Source of the DNA: Candidatus Delongbacteria bacterium
GTDB taxonomy: Bacteria; UBA4055
Reading direction: 5' to 3'
Length of the DNA: 53,238 bases
Assembly (NCBI GenBank): GCA_016937995.1
Contig: JAFGVM010000001.1
Coordinates: forward strand, 1-53,238
Below, in pieces: positions 26,515-35,902 of the stretch; the first letter of the stretch is position 1; the number at the start of each line of letters is the position of its first letter. The notes beneath the pieces were generated by a model, which worked only from the letters and a program-made list of their open reading frames with translations, was not told where the DNA came from and did no database searches. Both the position numbers and the translations under genes were made by a program.

Positions 26515-27921
26515 ATGCTTGAAAAGCAAAAAACTATTTCAAATGCTGTTTCGATTTCTGGAATAGGTCTGCACACAGGCTGCAAATCAACAATTATATT
26601 CAAACCTGCATCTGAAGATACAGGTATTATTTTTAGAAGAACTGACCTTGAAACTGTAGTTGACATCCCTGCGAAAATAGAATTTGTTGACAGTATTGCA
26701 AGAGGTACTATACTGAGTAATGACGGAGTCAAAATATATACTGTTGAGCATGTATTAGCTGCTATAATGGGATTATCCATAGATAATATTATCATTGAGC
26801 TTGATGCTGAAGAGCCACCGGTAATGGACGGAAGCGCTATAGATTTTGTAAATATCTTAAAGGGGATCACATTACAGCAGGATAAACCCAGACAATACTT
26901 CGAAGTAAAGGAAAATATTGTTTACAAAGATGAATCCAAAGGTATCGAGTTGATAGTCGTACCTTCAGATAAATTCCAGATCACTTACATGGTCGATTAT
27001 AACAATCCAGCACTCGGAACTCAGTTCACTACTATGTATGATCTTGAAGAAGAGTTCGAAAAAGATTATGCATCTACAAGAACTTTCTGTTTTCTGTCTG
27101 AAGTTGAGCATCTTAAGGAAGCAGGACTGATAAAAGGTGGATCGCTGGGAAACTCTGTGGTCATACTTGACAGAGAGCTAAGTAAAGAAGAAACCTCAAT
27201 GGTAGAAAAGAAACTTGGTATGGGCGAAGGTATTATCCCTGAAACTAAGGGAGTTCTAGGTTCTGTTGAATTCAGGTTTAAGAACGAACCTGTACGACAT
27301 AAAGCTTTGGACCTTATAGGTGATCTTGCATTACTTGGCAAACCTATCAGGGGTCATTTTCTATGTGCGAGAGGTGGGCATGCAGCTCATATTGAACTTG
27401 TAAAACTACTTAAGACTGCTGTTGAAAAACATTCACTTATAAACAAATTTAAAAGAAGTGCTGATGAATCTTATGTTTTCGATGTTAAAGACATTATGAA
27501 TCTATTGCAACACAGATATCCAATGCTATTGGTGGATAAAGTGGTTGAGATCACACCGAATAAAAGTATTGTCGGACTTAAGAATGTAACTTTCAATGAA
27601 GATTTCTTCAATGGACATTTCCCGGGGAATCCTATTATGCCTGGTGTTCTTATCGTAGAAGCTATGGGGCAAACTGGCGGATTATTGCTGATGAATTCAG
27701 TTGAGAATCCTAAAGATAAATTAGTTATGTTTACCGGTATTGACCAGATCAAATTCAGAAAACCGGTAGTACCTGGTGATCAGTTAATGATGCATGTAGA
27801 AATGGTAAGACCTCTATCAAGAGGTATCTGTAAAATGCATGGGGTCGCTTTTGTTGATGGTAAAAAAGCTGCCGAGGCACTTATGACTGCTTACGTTATG
27901 GATAAACCCAGTGATAAATAA
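26515..27921 (+). CDS. lpxC-fabZ: Bifunctional UDP-3-O-acyl-GlcNAc deacetylase / 3-hydroxyacyl-ACP dehydratase
   Basis: GIGLHTG, TVEHVLAA, HKALDLIGDL; HRYPMLLVD, FFNGHFPGNPIMPGVLIVEAMGQ. Confidence 0.97.
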   Translation: MLEKQKTISNAVSISGIGLHTGCKSTIIFKPASEDTGIIFRRTDLETVVDIPAKIEFVDSIARGTILSNDGVKIYTVEHVLAAIMGLSIDNIIIELDAEEPPVMDGSAIDFVNILKGITLQQDKPRQYFEVKENIVYKDESKGIELIVVPSDKFQITYMVDYNNPALGTQFTTMYDLEEEFEKDYASTRTFCFLSEVEHLKEAGLIKGGSLGNSVVILDRELSKEETSMVEKKLGMGEGIIPETKGVLGSVEFRFKNEPVRHKALDLIGDLALLGKPIRGHFLCARGGHAAHIELVKLLKTAVEKHSLINKFKRSADESYVFDVKDIMNLLQHRYPMLLVDKVVEITPNKSIVGLKNVTFNEDFFNGHFPGNPIMPGVLIVEAMGQTGGLLLMNSVENPKDKLVMFTGIDQIKFRKPVVPGDQLMMHVEMVRPLSRGICKMHGVAFVDGKKAAEALMTAYVMDKPSDK

Positions 27922-27938
27922 TATTTAAGGAATTAAAA

Positions 27939-28706
27939 ATGATACACCCTACTGCTATAGTATCAGAAAAAGCTCAAATTGGTAACAATGTTCAGATAGG
28001 ACCATTTACGATAATAGAAGATAAAGTTATCATCGGAGATAATTGTAAAATAGGTGCTCACGTAACAATTGCAGACGGAACAATATTACATAAAGACGTT
28101 GAGATATATAACGGTGCTGTACTTGGTACTGTACCACAGGACCTTAAATTTTCAGGTGAAGAGACCACTCTTGAGATCGGTGAAAGAACTGTGATCAGAG
28201 AATATGCTTTTTTGAACAGAGGTACAAAGGATAAATTTAAGACTGTTATTGGCAAAGACTGTTTTTTAATGGCGTTCGTTCACGTAGCCCATGATTGTTT
28301 TATAGGTGATAACTGTATCATCGGTAACGGGGCACAGATAGCAGGTCATATTTCTATCGATCATCATACAATTCTAAGCGGACATGTACTTGTTCACCAG
28401 TTCAGCAAGATCGGGTCATACTGTATGGTTGAAGGCGGAGCAAAAGTAAAAAGAGATATACCTCACTATTGTATGGCTGTCGGCGAACCTCTAAAATTCT
28501 CCGGATTGAATAAGATAGGACTTCAACGAAACGGATTTTCCACAGAGGATATTCAGGACATCTCTGATGCTTACAGGATAATCTATAGAAACGGACTTAC
28601 AACTGAAAAAGCAGTAGAACAGGTAGAAAAAGATTTTGTTGACAATAACATTGTTCTTAATATCACTGAATTTATCAGAGACTCTAAACGCGGTATTCTC
28701 AGGTAG
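27939..28706 (+). CDS. lpxA: Acyl-ACP--UDP-N-acetylglucosamine O-acyltransferase
   Basis: IHPTAIV, hexapeptide repeats, PQDLKF, IRE...RGT, HVAHDC, VHQF. Confidence 0.97.
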   Translation: MIHPTAIVSEKAQIGNNVQIGPFTIIEDKVIIGDNCKIGAHVTIADGTILHKDVEIYNGAVLGTVPQDLKFSGEETTLEIGERTVIREYAFLNRGTKDKFKTVIGKDCFLMAFVHVAHDCFIGDNCIIGNGAQIAGHISIDHHTILSGHVLVHQFSKIGSYCMVEGGAKVKRDIPHYCMAVGEPLKFSGLNKIGLQRNGFSTEDIQDISDAYRIIYRNGLTTEKAVEQVEKDFVDNNIVLNITEFIRDSKRGILR

Positions 28707-28711
28707 CATAG

Positions 28712-29512
28712 ATGAGTATAGAATTTCTTGATACCGGAATTAATACCGGAACTTTTAATATGGCTGTTGATTTCTTCATGGCCAGGAATCATTTGGATAA
28801 ACCTGTTTTCAGGATCTATCGCTGGGACCCTTACTGCATTTCTCTTGGTTATCATCAGAAGCTCGAGGAAATTGATATTGAACGTTGTAAGCAAAACGGA
28901 ATTGATATTGTCAGGAGAGAGACTGGAGGAAGAGCTGTTTATCACTCTGAGGAAATTACTTATTCAATGATAATCCCGAAGAATTCGGAATTTTATTCAG
29001 ACTCCATACTGGAAGTTTACAATAAGATCAGCACTGTTCTTGTTAAAGCTTTAAAACTCTCCGGAATTGAAGGTGCTGAACTGGAAAATGGTAAAGCACC
29101 TGATTTTAAAGAACTTTACAAAGAAAAAATATCATCGGTATGCTTCTCTTCAACATCAACTTATGAAGTAGTGGTAAATGGGAAGAAATTAGTTGGAAGT
29201 GCTCAGAAAAGATTAAAAGAGTCAGTTTTACAGCACGGATCGATACTTTTCGGTAAAAAACATCTTGAGCTTATAGATCATCTTAATGTTGCAGAGAAGA
29301 GAAAACCCAGATTGAAAGAGATGACTTTAAATAAGACTGTTACTATTGAAGATGTTTCTGAAAATAAAGATCTTGATGAGTTCTATAAAACTTTCAAAAC
29401 AAATTTATCATTGGCATTATCTGAAGAATTTAATATATTAGTAGAAGAAGTAACGTTAAATGAAGATGAATTATTAAAAATAAGAGAAGCTGAAAAACAC
29501 TTTGATCTTTAA
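28712..29512 (+). CDS. Lipoate-protein ligase A family (LipM/LplA-like, catalytic domain only)
   Basis: NMAVD, RIYRW...ISLGYHQ, RRETGGRAVYH, GKKLVGSAQ, LQHGSI. Confidence 0.9.
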   Translation: MSIEFLDTGINTGTFNMAVDFFMARNHLDKPVFRIYRWDPYCISLGYHQKLEEIDIERCKQNGIDIVRRETGGRAVYHSEEITYSMIIPKNSEFYSDSILEVYNKISTVLVKALKLSGIEGAELENGKAPDFKELYKEKISSVCFSSTSTYEVVVNGKKLVGSAQKRLKESVLQHGSILFGKKHLELIDHLNVAEKRKPRLKEMTLNKTVTIEDVSENKDLDEFYKTFKTNLSLALSEEFNILVEEVTLNEDELLKIREAEKHFDL

Positions 29513-29524
29513 TTTGGAGGTAAT

Positions 29525-30280
29525 ATGAAGAAATTTTTACTGGTATTGATGATGCTCACAACGATCAGAGCATTCGGAATTTTCGGTTTCGGTGTCCACG
29601 CAGGTGTTGATAATACAAGTGTTGATAAATACGACAGATCCTTCCGTTTTGACATTGTGGGGAATGAATATTCCTATAGTATCACCAGAGATGAAATTTC
29701 AAATCCGTTCGTTTTCGGTGGTCAGGTTTATCTTGATATACCTTTAATACCTATCGGATTTGAGGTTGGATTTGAAGGAGCATGGGCAAGTTACAAATGG
29801 ACAGCTCCCGCTGTGATTACTGATGAAGTTGGAACAAACAATATTCCTCTTGAATTCATAGGTTATGATGTCGGTACATCAGGATACTCAGAAGAATTTT
29901 CTTTTGGAAGATTTTCAACTGATTTTACAGCTAAATGGTATGTTTTCGGATTTCCACCGGTAGTAAAAGTATTTTCATTCTATGTAGGTGGAGGAGCGGG
30001 ATTCCACTTTATTACTCCTTTGGTCTCTGAGGATCTGATAATTGCAGAACTGACAAAAAATACATCTATCCCGGCTTCAACGGAGATAGATATCGAAGCT
30101 CTGGTTGAAAGTAATGTTTCGATGGGATATCATTTTGTAACAGGTTTCAGAATAAAACCTCCTGTTCTGCCGGTTGCGATTAACATTGATTATAAATGGA
30201 CATGGACTGAAGAGAATGACTATGGTGATCCTACAAACAACTTTGGACTTATAAAGGGTTCTTTAAGTATGTATTTCTAG
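29525..30280 (+). CDS. Outer-membrane beta-barrel protein
   Basis: Signal peptide, alternating amphipathic strands, FYVGGGAG, C-terminal YF. Confidence 0.7.
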   Translation: MKKFLLVLMMLTTIRAFGIFGFGVHAGVDNTSVDKYDRSFRFDIVGNEYSYSITRDEISNPFVFGGQVYLDIPLIPIGFEVGFEGAWASYKWTAPAVITDEVGTNNIPLEFIGYDVGTSGYSEEFSFGRFSTDFTAKWYVFGFPPVVKVFSFYVGGGAGFHFITPLVSEDLIIAELTKNTSIPASTEIDIEALVESNVSMGYHFVTGFRIKPPVLPVAINIDYKWTWTEENDYGDPTNNFGLIKGSLSMYF

Positions 30281-30297
30281 AATTTACAGTCTGCTTC

Positions 30298-30331
30298 AAA
30301 AAAAGGGAACGCTATTGCGTTCCCTTTTTTT
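30298..30331. terminator. Bidirectional intrinsic terminator
   Basis: A7-GGGAACGC-TATT-GCGTTCCC-T7 between convergent genes. Confidence 0.9.
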
Positions 30332-31316
30332 ATTCCCCTTCTATCAGTAGTTTCATTAAATCAGGAAAACTGTAACCTACCTTACTTGCACATTCCGGAA
30401 CTAACGAAAGCTCTGTCATCCCCGGCAAAGTATTTGCTTCAAGAAAATAAAATTCTCCATTCTTATCCAGAATAAAATCGATCCTGCAATAATCTTCACA
30501 ACCCAGCACTTCATTCATTTTAAGTGCGTAGGTATTTATAGTCTGTAGCTGACTTTGGGTTAATTCCGCAGGACATACATGTTTTGTTACACCCTCACTG
30601 TATTTGTGTTCATAGTCGTAAAAACCTTCATTTGGAATTAATTCTATCACAGGAAATGCTTTTTTATGGATAACAGGTATTGAGAGTTCTCTTCCTGAGA
30701 TATATTCTTCTATCATAAATTCATCATTGATATTATGCATCATAGCTATGGTCATAGGTATATCATCATCACTGTCCAGTATAGAAACTCCTATTGATGA
30801 ACCCTGTGCTAATGCCTTTATAACTACAGGATAGCTGTATTCCTTTGAGATCAGATCCTTTATCTCTCCTTCATCTGTCGTGGACAATATTTGCCATTTC
30901 GCAATAGGTACATTCACTTTCTGAGCATATAATTTACTTTCATTTTTATCCATACAAACTGCACTTGATACCGGGCCAGAACCGATATATTCAATATTCA
31001 GATCTTCAAGCATTTTCTGAACTTCACCATTTTCCCCTTCCCCACCATGCAGACCTATGAATACTTTATCAGGAGCAAGTTTTTTTAAAGTTTTTATCAA
31101 AGCTTCAGATTTATCATCTGTCTTCTGGATATGTAGATCTATTCCGTCATAAGTGAAATTTTCATCTGCTTCCAATACTGTACCGGGAAAAGCAGTGTCG
31201 ATAAAAATACTTTTATATCCGGCAATATGAATACCTTTCACTACAGCTCTGCTTGTTTTTAAACTTATCTCTCTTTCTGTTGAAAATCCACCTGCTAAAG
31301 TAACTATTTTCTTCAT
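30330..31316 (-). CDS. ddl: D-alanine--D-alanine ligase
   Basis: GGFSTEREISL, LHGGEGENG, MDK, GSSIG, FYDYEHKY, RIDF, EANTLPGMTELS. Confidence 0.96.
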   Translation of the reverse strand: MKKIVTLAGGFSTEREISLKTSRAVVKGIHIAGYKSIFIDTAFPGTVLEADENFTYDGIDLHIQKTDDKSEALIKTLKKLAPDKVFIGLHGGEGENGEVQKMLEDLNIEYIGSGPVSSAVCMDKNESKLYAQKVNVPIAKWQILSTTDEGEIKDLISKEYSYPVVIKALAQGSSIGVSILDSDDDIPMTIAMMHNINDEFMIEEYISGRELSIPVIHKKAFPVIELIPNEGFYDYEHKYSEGVTKHVCPAELTQSQLQTINTYALKMNEVLGCEDYCRIDFILDKNGEFYFLEANTLPGMTELSLVPECASKVGYSFPDLMKLLIEGE

Positions 31317-31329
31317 AAAGCAACTCCGT

Positions 31330-31815
31330 TTAAAGACCTTCCATTTTTTGATCTTCCTGTTCCTTTTTCTTCATCTTCTGTCTTGCAGCATACTCTTTTG
31401 TTGATATTATTAAATAATTTTCACTGATCTTATATGCTGCGAAATAGTCGCCTTCCTCTGTTTTCCAGAGTTTATTCTTTGATACACCCTTTGTTTCCAT
31501 TGATTTCCATATTCTCTTTTTGCCGTTCAATTTAAGAATATTGTCAACTTCATTATCTGTGATAGGTAAAGTGATGGATTGATCTTCTTTATCAAGTTTC
31601 ATATATGTTATCGCATCTACTTTGTTCTTGAAATAATGGATCACTATAAAAAATTCACCTTTTTCATACTGGAACAGATTGTTCTCTTCGTCATAGTTCA
31701 CACTCCCTCCATATCTTCGGACGCACTGCTCTCTTGTTTCATCGATCCTTGAAAGTAATTGCTGTTGAAATATGATCGTACTAAGGATGATCAATAATAG
31801 AATTTTAACTTTCAT
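31330..31815 (-). CDS. Exported hypothetical protein
   Basis: AGGAG RBS, signal peptide, 161 aa, RIDETREQCVRRYG. Confidence 0.7.
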   Translation of the reverse strand: MKVKILLLIILSTIIFQQQLLSRIDETREQCVRRYGGSVNYDEENNLFQYEKGEFFIVIHYFKNKVDAITYMKLDKEDQSITLPITDNEVDNILKLNGKKRIWKSMETKGVSKNKLWKTEEGDYFAAYKISENYLIISTKEYAARQKMKKKEQEDQKMEGL

Positions 31816-31928
31816 TGTTTGCTCCTGTATTACTTTTGTAGCTTAAGTAAAAAATAAGCATAAACTTTACTTGTAGCAAGAAGGAAAATTGATTCACATA
31901 GTTTTAATCAGATCATAATAAATAAATT

Positions 31929-32014
31929 CGTTGGGGAAGGCTTCTACGCCTTCCCGCTTTGGGTTATTTGAATTGAAAACCATAAGCGGGAGACCGTGGA
32001 AGGTCTCCCCTACG
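31929..32014. repeat. Inverted REP doublet (REPIN-like)
   Basis: CGTTGGGGAAGGCTTCTACGCCTTCCCGCTT on the plus strand faces CGTAGGGGAGACCTTCCACGGTCTCCCGCTT on the minus strand. Confidence 0.8.
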
Positions 32015-32041
32015 CATTTGCATTGGGCTGATTAAATTCAC

Positions 32042-32070
32042 TTGTAATATCACGATATACAAACTATATT
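32042..32070 (+). promoter_or_regulatory. Putative promoter ending 7 nt before the MFS start codon
   Basis: TTGTAA-N17-TATATT; ATG at 32078. Confidence 0.5.
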
Positions 32071-32077
32071 TTCAACT

Positions 32078-33328
32078 ATGCAAGAGACATACAACATAAT
32101 AAATAAAGACCCTCAGATCTGGAAATTCAGTTTCTACGGATTTTTCAAAAATCTCAAGTTCTTCGAACCATTCCTGATAATCTTCCTAATGCAGTCCGGA
32201 CTGAATCTCTTCCAGATAGGACTTCTTTATTCAGTCAGAGAAATAATGTCATTTGTCTTTGAAATTCCATCAGGTATTCTTGCAGATAACTACGGAAAGA
32301 AAAAGGAACTACTGCTATGTTTTGCATTCTACATATTTTCATTCACTGTATTCTTCTTCAGCACTGAATTCTGGCAATTTTCTATAGCAATGATATTCTT
32401 CGGTCTCGGAGAAGCGTTCAGATCAGGAACCCATAAAGCAATGATAATGACATATCTGGAAGAAAAGAACTGGTTTATGCACAAGAACTTTGTCTATGGA
32501 AAAACAAGATCTTTCTCAATGATAGGATCAGCGTTTTCATCAATACTATCAATAGTATTCTTATTCCAGTTCGAACAATTGAAATTTTTATTTATAATTT
32601 GTGTAATTCCTTACATTGCAGATATGATACTGATAGCTTCTTACCCTGCATCACTGGATGTAAAGGTCAGGAGCAAATTCAATTTTAAGGAATTTTTCAG
32701 TGACAGTGTAATACATTTCAAGAGAGTTTTAAAGAGCACTGAAATATTGAAGACCATTACATCATCATCATTCTTTGATGCAACATTCTCCAGTATAAAA
32801 GATTATATTCAGCCTATTCTTGCTATTCTTATAACATCCAGCACACTGGTACTTTACTTTAACCTTGACGAAAAACAGACTTTGAAGTTCTCTCTGGCTG
32901 TGATATACATGATCATTTATATTTTCAGTGCTTACGCTTCCAGAAATGTTTATAAATTGAATAAGAAAAGATCATCGGCAAGATTGATGGGCATAACAAT
33001 GAATATTCTTGGATTTACATCATTATTCATAGCATTTTCAGTTAACTTCAACTTATTTCTACTGATAGCATTAAGTTTCTTCTTCCTTTACATACTGAAG
33101 AATGTCCGGAGACCTATGTTCGTAGATGTTATCAGTGATATAATGGAAAAAGACCAGAGAGCTACGGTCCTTTCAGTTGAAAATCAACTGACTGCCATAT
33201 TTACTATAGTATTTGCTCCGGTATTTGGATTCATTGCCGACAATTCTTCTTTCACCGTATTATTTATGATCATTGCTGTTTTAGCTTTCGTGATGAATTT
33301 TATCGCCCGTGTTCCTGAAAAAAGATAA
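32078..33328 (+). CDS. MFS transporter
   Basis: EIPSGILADNYGKK (motif A-like), GLGEAFRSGT, about 12 hydrophobic segments. Confidence 0.92.
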   Translation: MQETYNIINKDPQIWKFSFYGFFKNLKFFEPFLIIFLMQSGLNLFQIGLLYSVREIMSFVFEIPSGILADNYGKKKELLLCFAFYIFSFTVFFFSTEFWQFSIAMIFFGLGEAFRSGTHKAMIMTYLEEKNWFMHKNFVYGKTRSFSMIGSAFSSILSIVFLFQFEQLKFLFIICVIPYIADMILIASYPASLDVKVRSKFNFKEFFSDSVIHFKRVLKSTEILKTITSSSFFDATFSSIKDYIQPILAILITSSTLVLYFNLDEKQTLKFSLAVIYMIIYIFSAYASRNVYKLNKKRSSARLMGITMNILGFTSLFIAFSVNFNLFLLIALSFFFLYILKNVRRPMFVDVISDIMEKDQRATVLSVENQLTAIFTIVFAPVFGFIADNSSFTVLFMIIAVLAFVMNFIARVPEKR

Positions 33329-33329
33329 C

Positions 33330-33421
33330 TGTCATTCTCGGACTCGATCCGGGAATCCAGGAGTATTAAAATTTGGATATGTTTTTATTAAAAATGGGGA
33401 CGATAAGAATTCGTCCCCTAC
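33330..33421 (-). repeat. GTAG REP plus ATGACA-ending palindrome between convergent genes
   Basis: Minus strand: GTAGGGGACGAATTCTTATCGTCCCC (33421-33396), then CTGGATTCCCGGATCGAGTCCGAGAATGACA (33360-33330). Confidence 0.8.
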
Positions 33422-33435
33422 ATTTTGTAAATAAT

Positions 33436-34317
33436 TTAATCTTTACCACCCTTCGCAACCATTTCCAAAGCATCCTCAATATCTCCCGGTGCTCCCATAA
33501 TGCCCATAAAACTATGGGACCCCATCATAGAAAGGTCAGGAAAGTTTATTGCAATTCTGAACTTTGTATGAAGTGCTATAACTTCTTTACCAGTGATCAT
33601 AATTTCGTAAGGTAAATGAGCGGTTGAACGAATTGGTTTAAAATCGATCTCATCCATGACGAATTTATCAGCTCCTTCACCAACAGATAAAGAGACACCG
33701 AAAACTGTTTCTTTCTTTCCGGGAATATCAATTCTGTAAACTTTTGAAGTACCGCCTGCTTTCATCTCTAACCCTTTTTCAACCATTGAAACAGCCTGCT
33801 CATAGCTATTATACTCTTCCAGCTCTAATACATCTTCAAAATACGGCATCATTATCTTGTAGTGATAATCTTCTATATCTTCTGCTTCTAATCCTTCTTC
33901 CGGACCGAATTCACTGATAAAACCCAATGCTTTTTTCATACCTTCATAGACAGGTTTCATATCACCCTTCATCTGATATGCATAGAACATATAAACAGGA
34001 TTTGTGTAGCTTACCTGTACCTTACCGTTCAATTCTGTTATGGAAATTCTCTGGGCAGCCCCAAACCCTCCATAGTTTGATCTGGATGAAAGCTCTTTTA
34101 ATTTCTCATTGCTCACAATGATTATCATGGAATTTTCGTATGGAGAATACTCCCCTGCAATTTCAAACCCTTCCTTTATCATCTTAGCTTTAACATCTTT
34201 CGCAACAGAATCTATTACACCCTCTTCATGAATTGCCAGTATAAAAGGTTTGTAAAGAATCTCTTTCGCATTCAATATTAAAATCAATGACAATAAAATC
34301 ATTATTATCTTTTTCAT
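33436..34317 (-). CDS. Exported hypothetical protein
   Basis: GGGAG RBS, signal peptide ending LNA, 293 aa; no motif I can assign confidently. Confidence 0.75.
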   Translation of the reverse strand: MKKIIMILLSLILILNAKEILYKPFILAIHEEGVIDSVAKDVKAKMIKEGFEIAGEYSPYENSMIIIVSNEKLKELSSRSNYGGFGAAQRISITELNGKVQVSYTNPVYMFYAYQMKGDMKPVYEGMKKALGFISEFGPEEGLEAEDIEDYHYKIMMPYFEDVLELEEYNSYEQAVSMVEKGLEMKAGGTSKVYRIDIPGKKETVFGVSLSVGEGADKFVMDEIDFKPIRSTAHLPYEIMITGKEVIALHTKFRIAINFPDLSMMGSHSFMGIMGAPGDIEDALEMVAKGGKD

Positions 34318-34484
34318 TATCTAATCTCCCTATTTTTCATAAATGTAACTTACATATTATAATATAAAAATGATATTTAGCATTGTTTTATTAAACAATG
34401 ATATCTATCATCATTTATAGAAAGCTAAATGTAATAATAATTCTTCGGAGATGTTGTAAATTATTCTGATATGAACTATAACCC

Positions 34485-34513
34485 TTGATTATTTGAACAA
34501 TTATAACTAAATT
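34485..34513 (+). promoter_or_regulatory. Putative sigma70-type promoter
   Basis: TTGATT-N17-TAAATT. Confidence 0.5.
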
Positions 34514-34538
34514 TAATAAAGTTGAACAATTAAATAAT

Positions 34539-35774
34539 GTGGAAAATATCAAGACTGTTATGGAAAACTTTCAAAAAAAGTCAAAAGAACAACTGATAAA
34601 AGAAATCATGTCGTTGAAGGAAAGAGTTTTGGCCCTTGAGTCAAAATTGAATAACTGTGATAAAAAAGAACTTTTGAATGAGATAGAGGAAAAATATTTA
34701 AACCAGCTTGAAGATAATCCTGCAGCAATGGTAATACATTCTGATGGTAAGATCCTCTATACGAATCGTTCTACCAATAAAATTATCGGTGTAAAGGATT
34801 CCAATGAACTTTTAGGAAAAGAGGTCCTCGAATTTGTTCATCCCGATTCAAAAGATCATAACATTAAAAGAATTGAAGAATTACTTAAAAGTCAAAGACC
34901 GGGAGAATTTTCTCAGGAAATTTTTTTGAAGAAAGACGGTACTCCATTTCATGTTGTTGTTAAAGGTTTTCCCATTGAATTCAAGAAGAAAAAAGCTGTA
35001 CTTGTTGAATTCTGGGATATTTCAAAGAACAAAAAGATATATGATGCTCTTAAAGAAAGTAAGAAACACTATAAAACTTTACTGGACAGTATCGAGGCAT
35101 CAGTGTTTATGTTAGATCTTGATTTTAAATATATTTCTGGGAACAGGATCTTATACGACAGACTTAACATGAAGGAATCTGAAATTCTTGGAAAACATGT
35201 ATCTAAAATTCTTGCTGAAAAAACAGCTGAAGTATTTTTAAAGAACGCTAAGAAAGTGATCGCTGATAAGAACAGCATAACTTTCGAGCTTGAAGTAAAC
35301 ACTAGAACAGGAAAATCGGTCTATCGGGTTAAATTATCACCGGTATTTGATGATGATGGCAATATAACGAACGTTCTGGGTATTTCTAATGATATTACAG
35401 AGCAAAAAAATGCAATATATGAATTATTTCATGAAAACGAAAAATTTAAATACTTAATTGAGCAGGCTGATGATGCAGTATTTAAAGGTGACAGTTCAGG
35501 AAATTTTATTTATGTAAACCCTGCGACAGAATTTATTACCGGATACACCAGCGAAAAGCTTTTAACTATGAACATGTCCGATCTTTTCTCAAAAGATGAA
35601 CTTTCAAACAAACCATTAAAATATGATCTGCTTGATGAAGGTAGATCCGTTCTAATGGTAAGAGATATCATTATCAGAGACGGTTCAACCATAACAGTAG
35701 AAATGAATTCTAAAAAGATGCTTGACGGAACATACATCTGTATAATGCGTGATATCTCCGGAAGAAAGATGTGA
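34539..35774 (+). CDS. Protein with an N-terminal coiled coil and three PAS domains, no output domain
   Basis: FVHPDS...KKDG...WDIS; LLDSI...NDITEQK; LIEQADDA...YVNPA...RDG...RDISGRK then stop. Confidence 0.85.
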   Translation: MENIKTVMENFQKKSKEQLIKEIMSLKERVLALESKLNNCDKKELLNEIEEKYLNQLEDNPAAMVIHSDGKILYTNRSTNKIIGVKDSNELLGKEVLEFVHPDSKDHNIKRIEELLKSQRPGEFSQEIFLKKDGTPFHVVVKGFPIEFKKKKAVLVEFWDISKNKKIYDALKESKKHYKTLLDSIEASVFMLDLDFKYISGNRILYDRLNMKESEILGKHVSKILAEKTAEVFLKNAKKVIADKNSITFELEVNTRTGKSVYRVKLSPVFDDDGNITNVLGISNDITEQKNAIYELFHENEKFKYLIEQADDAVFKGDSSGNFIYVNPATEFITGYTSEKLLTMNMSDLFSKDELSNKPLKYDLLDEGRSVLMVRDIIIRDGSTITVEMNSKKMLDGTYICIMRDISGRKM

Positions 35775-35783
35775 TCATTTTTT

Positions 35784-35808
35784 AGGGCGTATTTTGATAC
35801 GCCCCTAC
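35784..35808 (-). repeat. GTAG-type REP-like hairpin
   Basis: Minus strand GTAGGGGCGTATCAAAATACGCCCT. Confidence 0.8.
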
Positions 35809-35902
35809 GAATCAAAAAAATATACCCATAAATTTCTACAAACTTGATTTGTTCGGAATTTATTATTATCTTCTGTCGAAAAAAATAATAAGGAGATACA
35901 AA

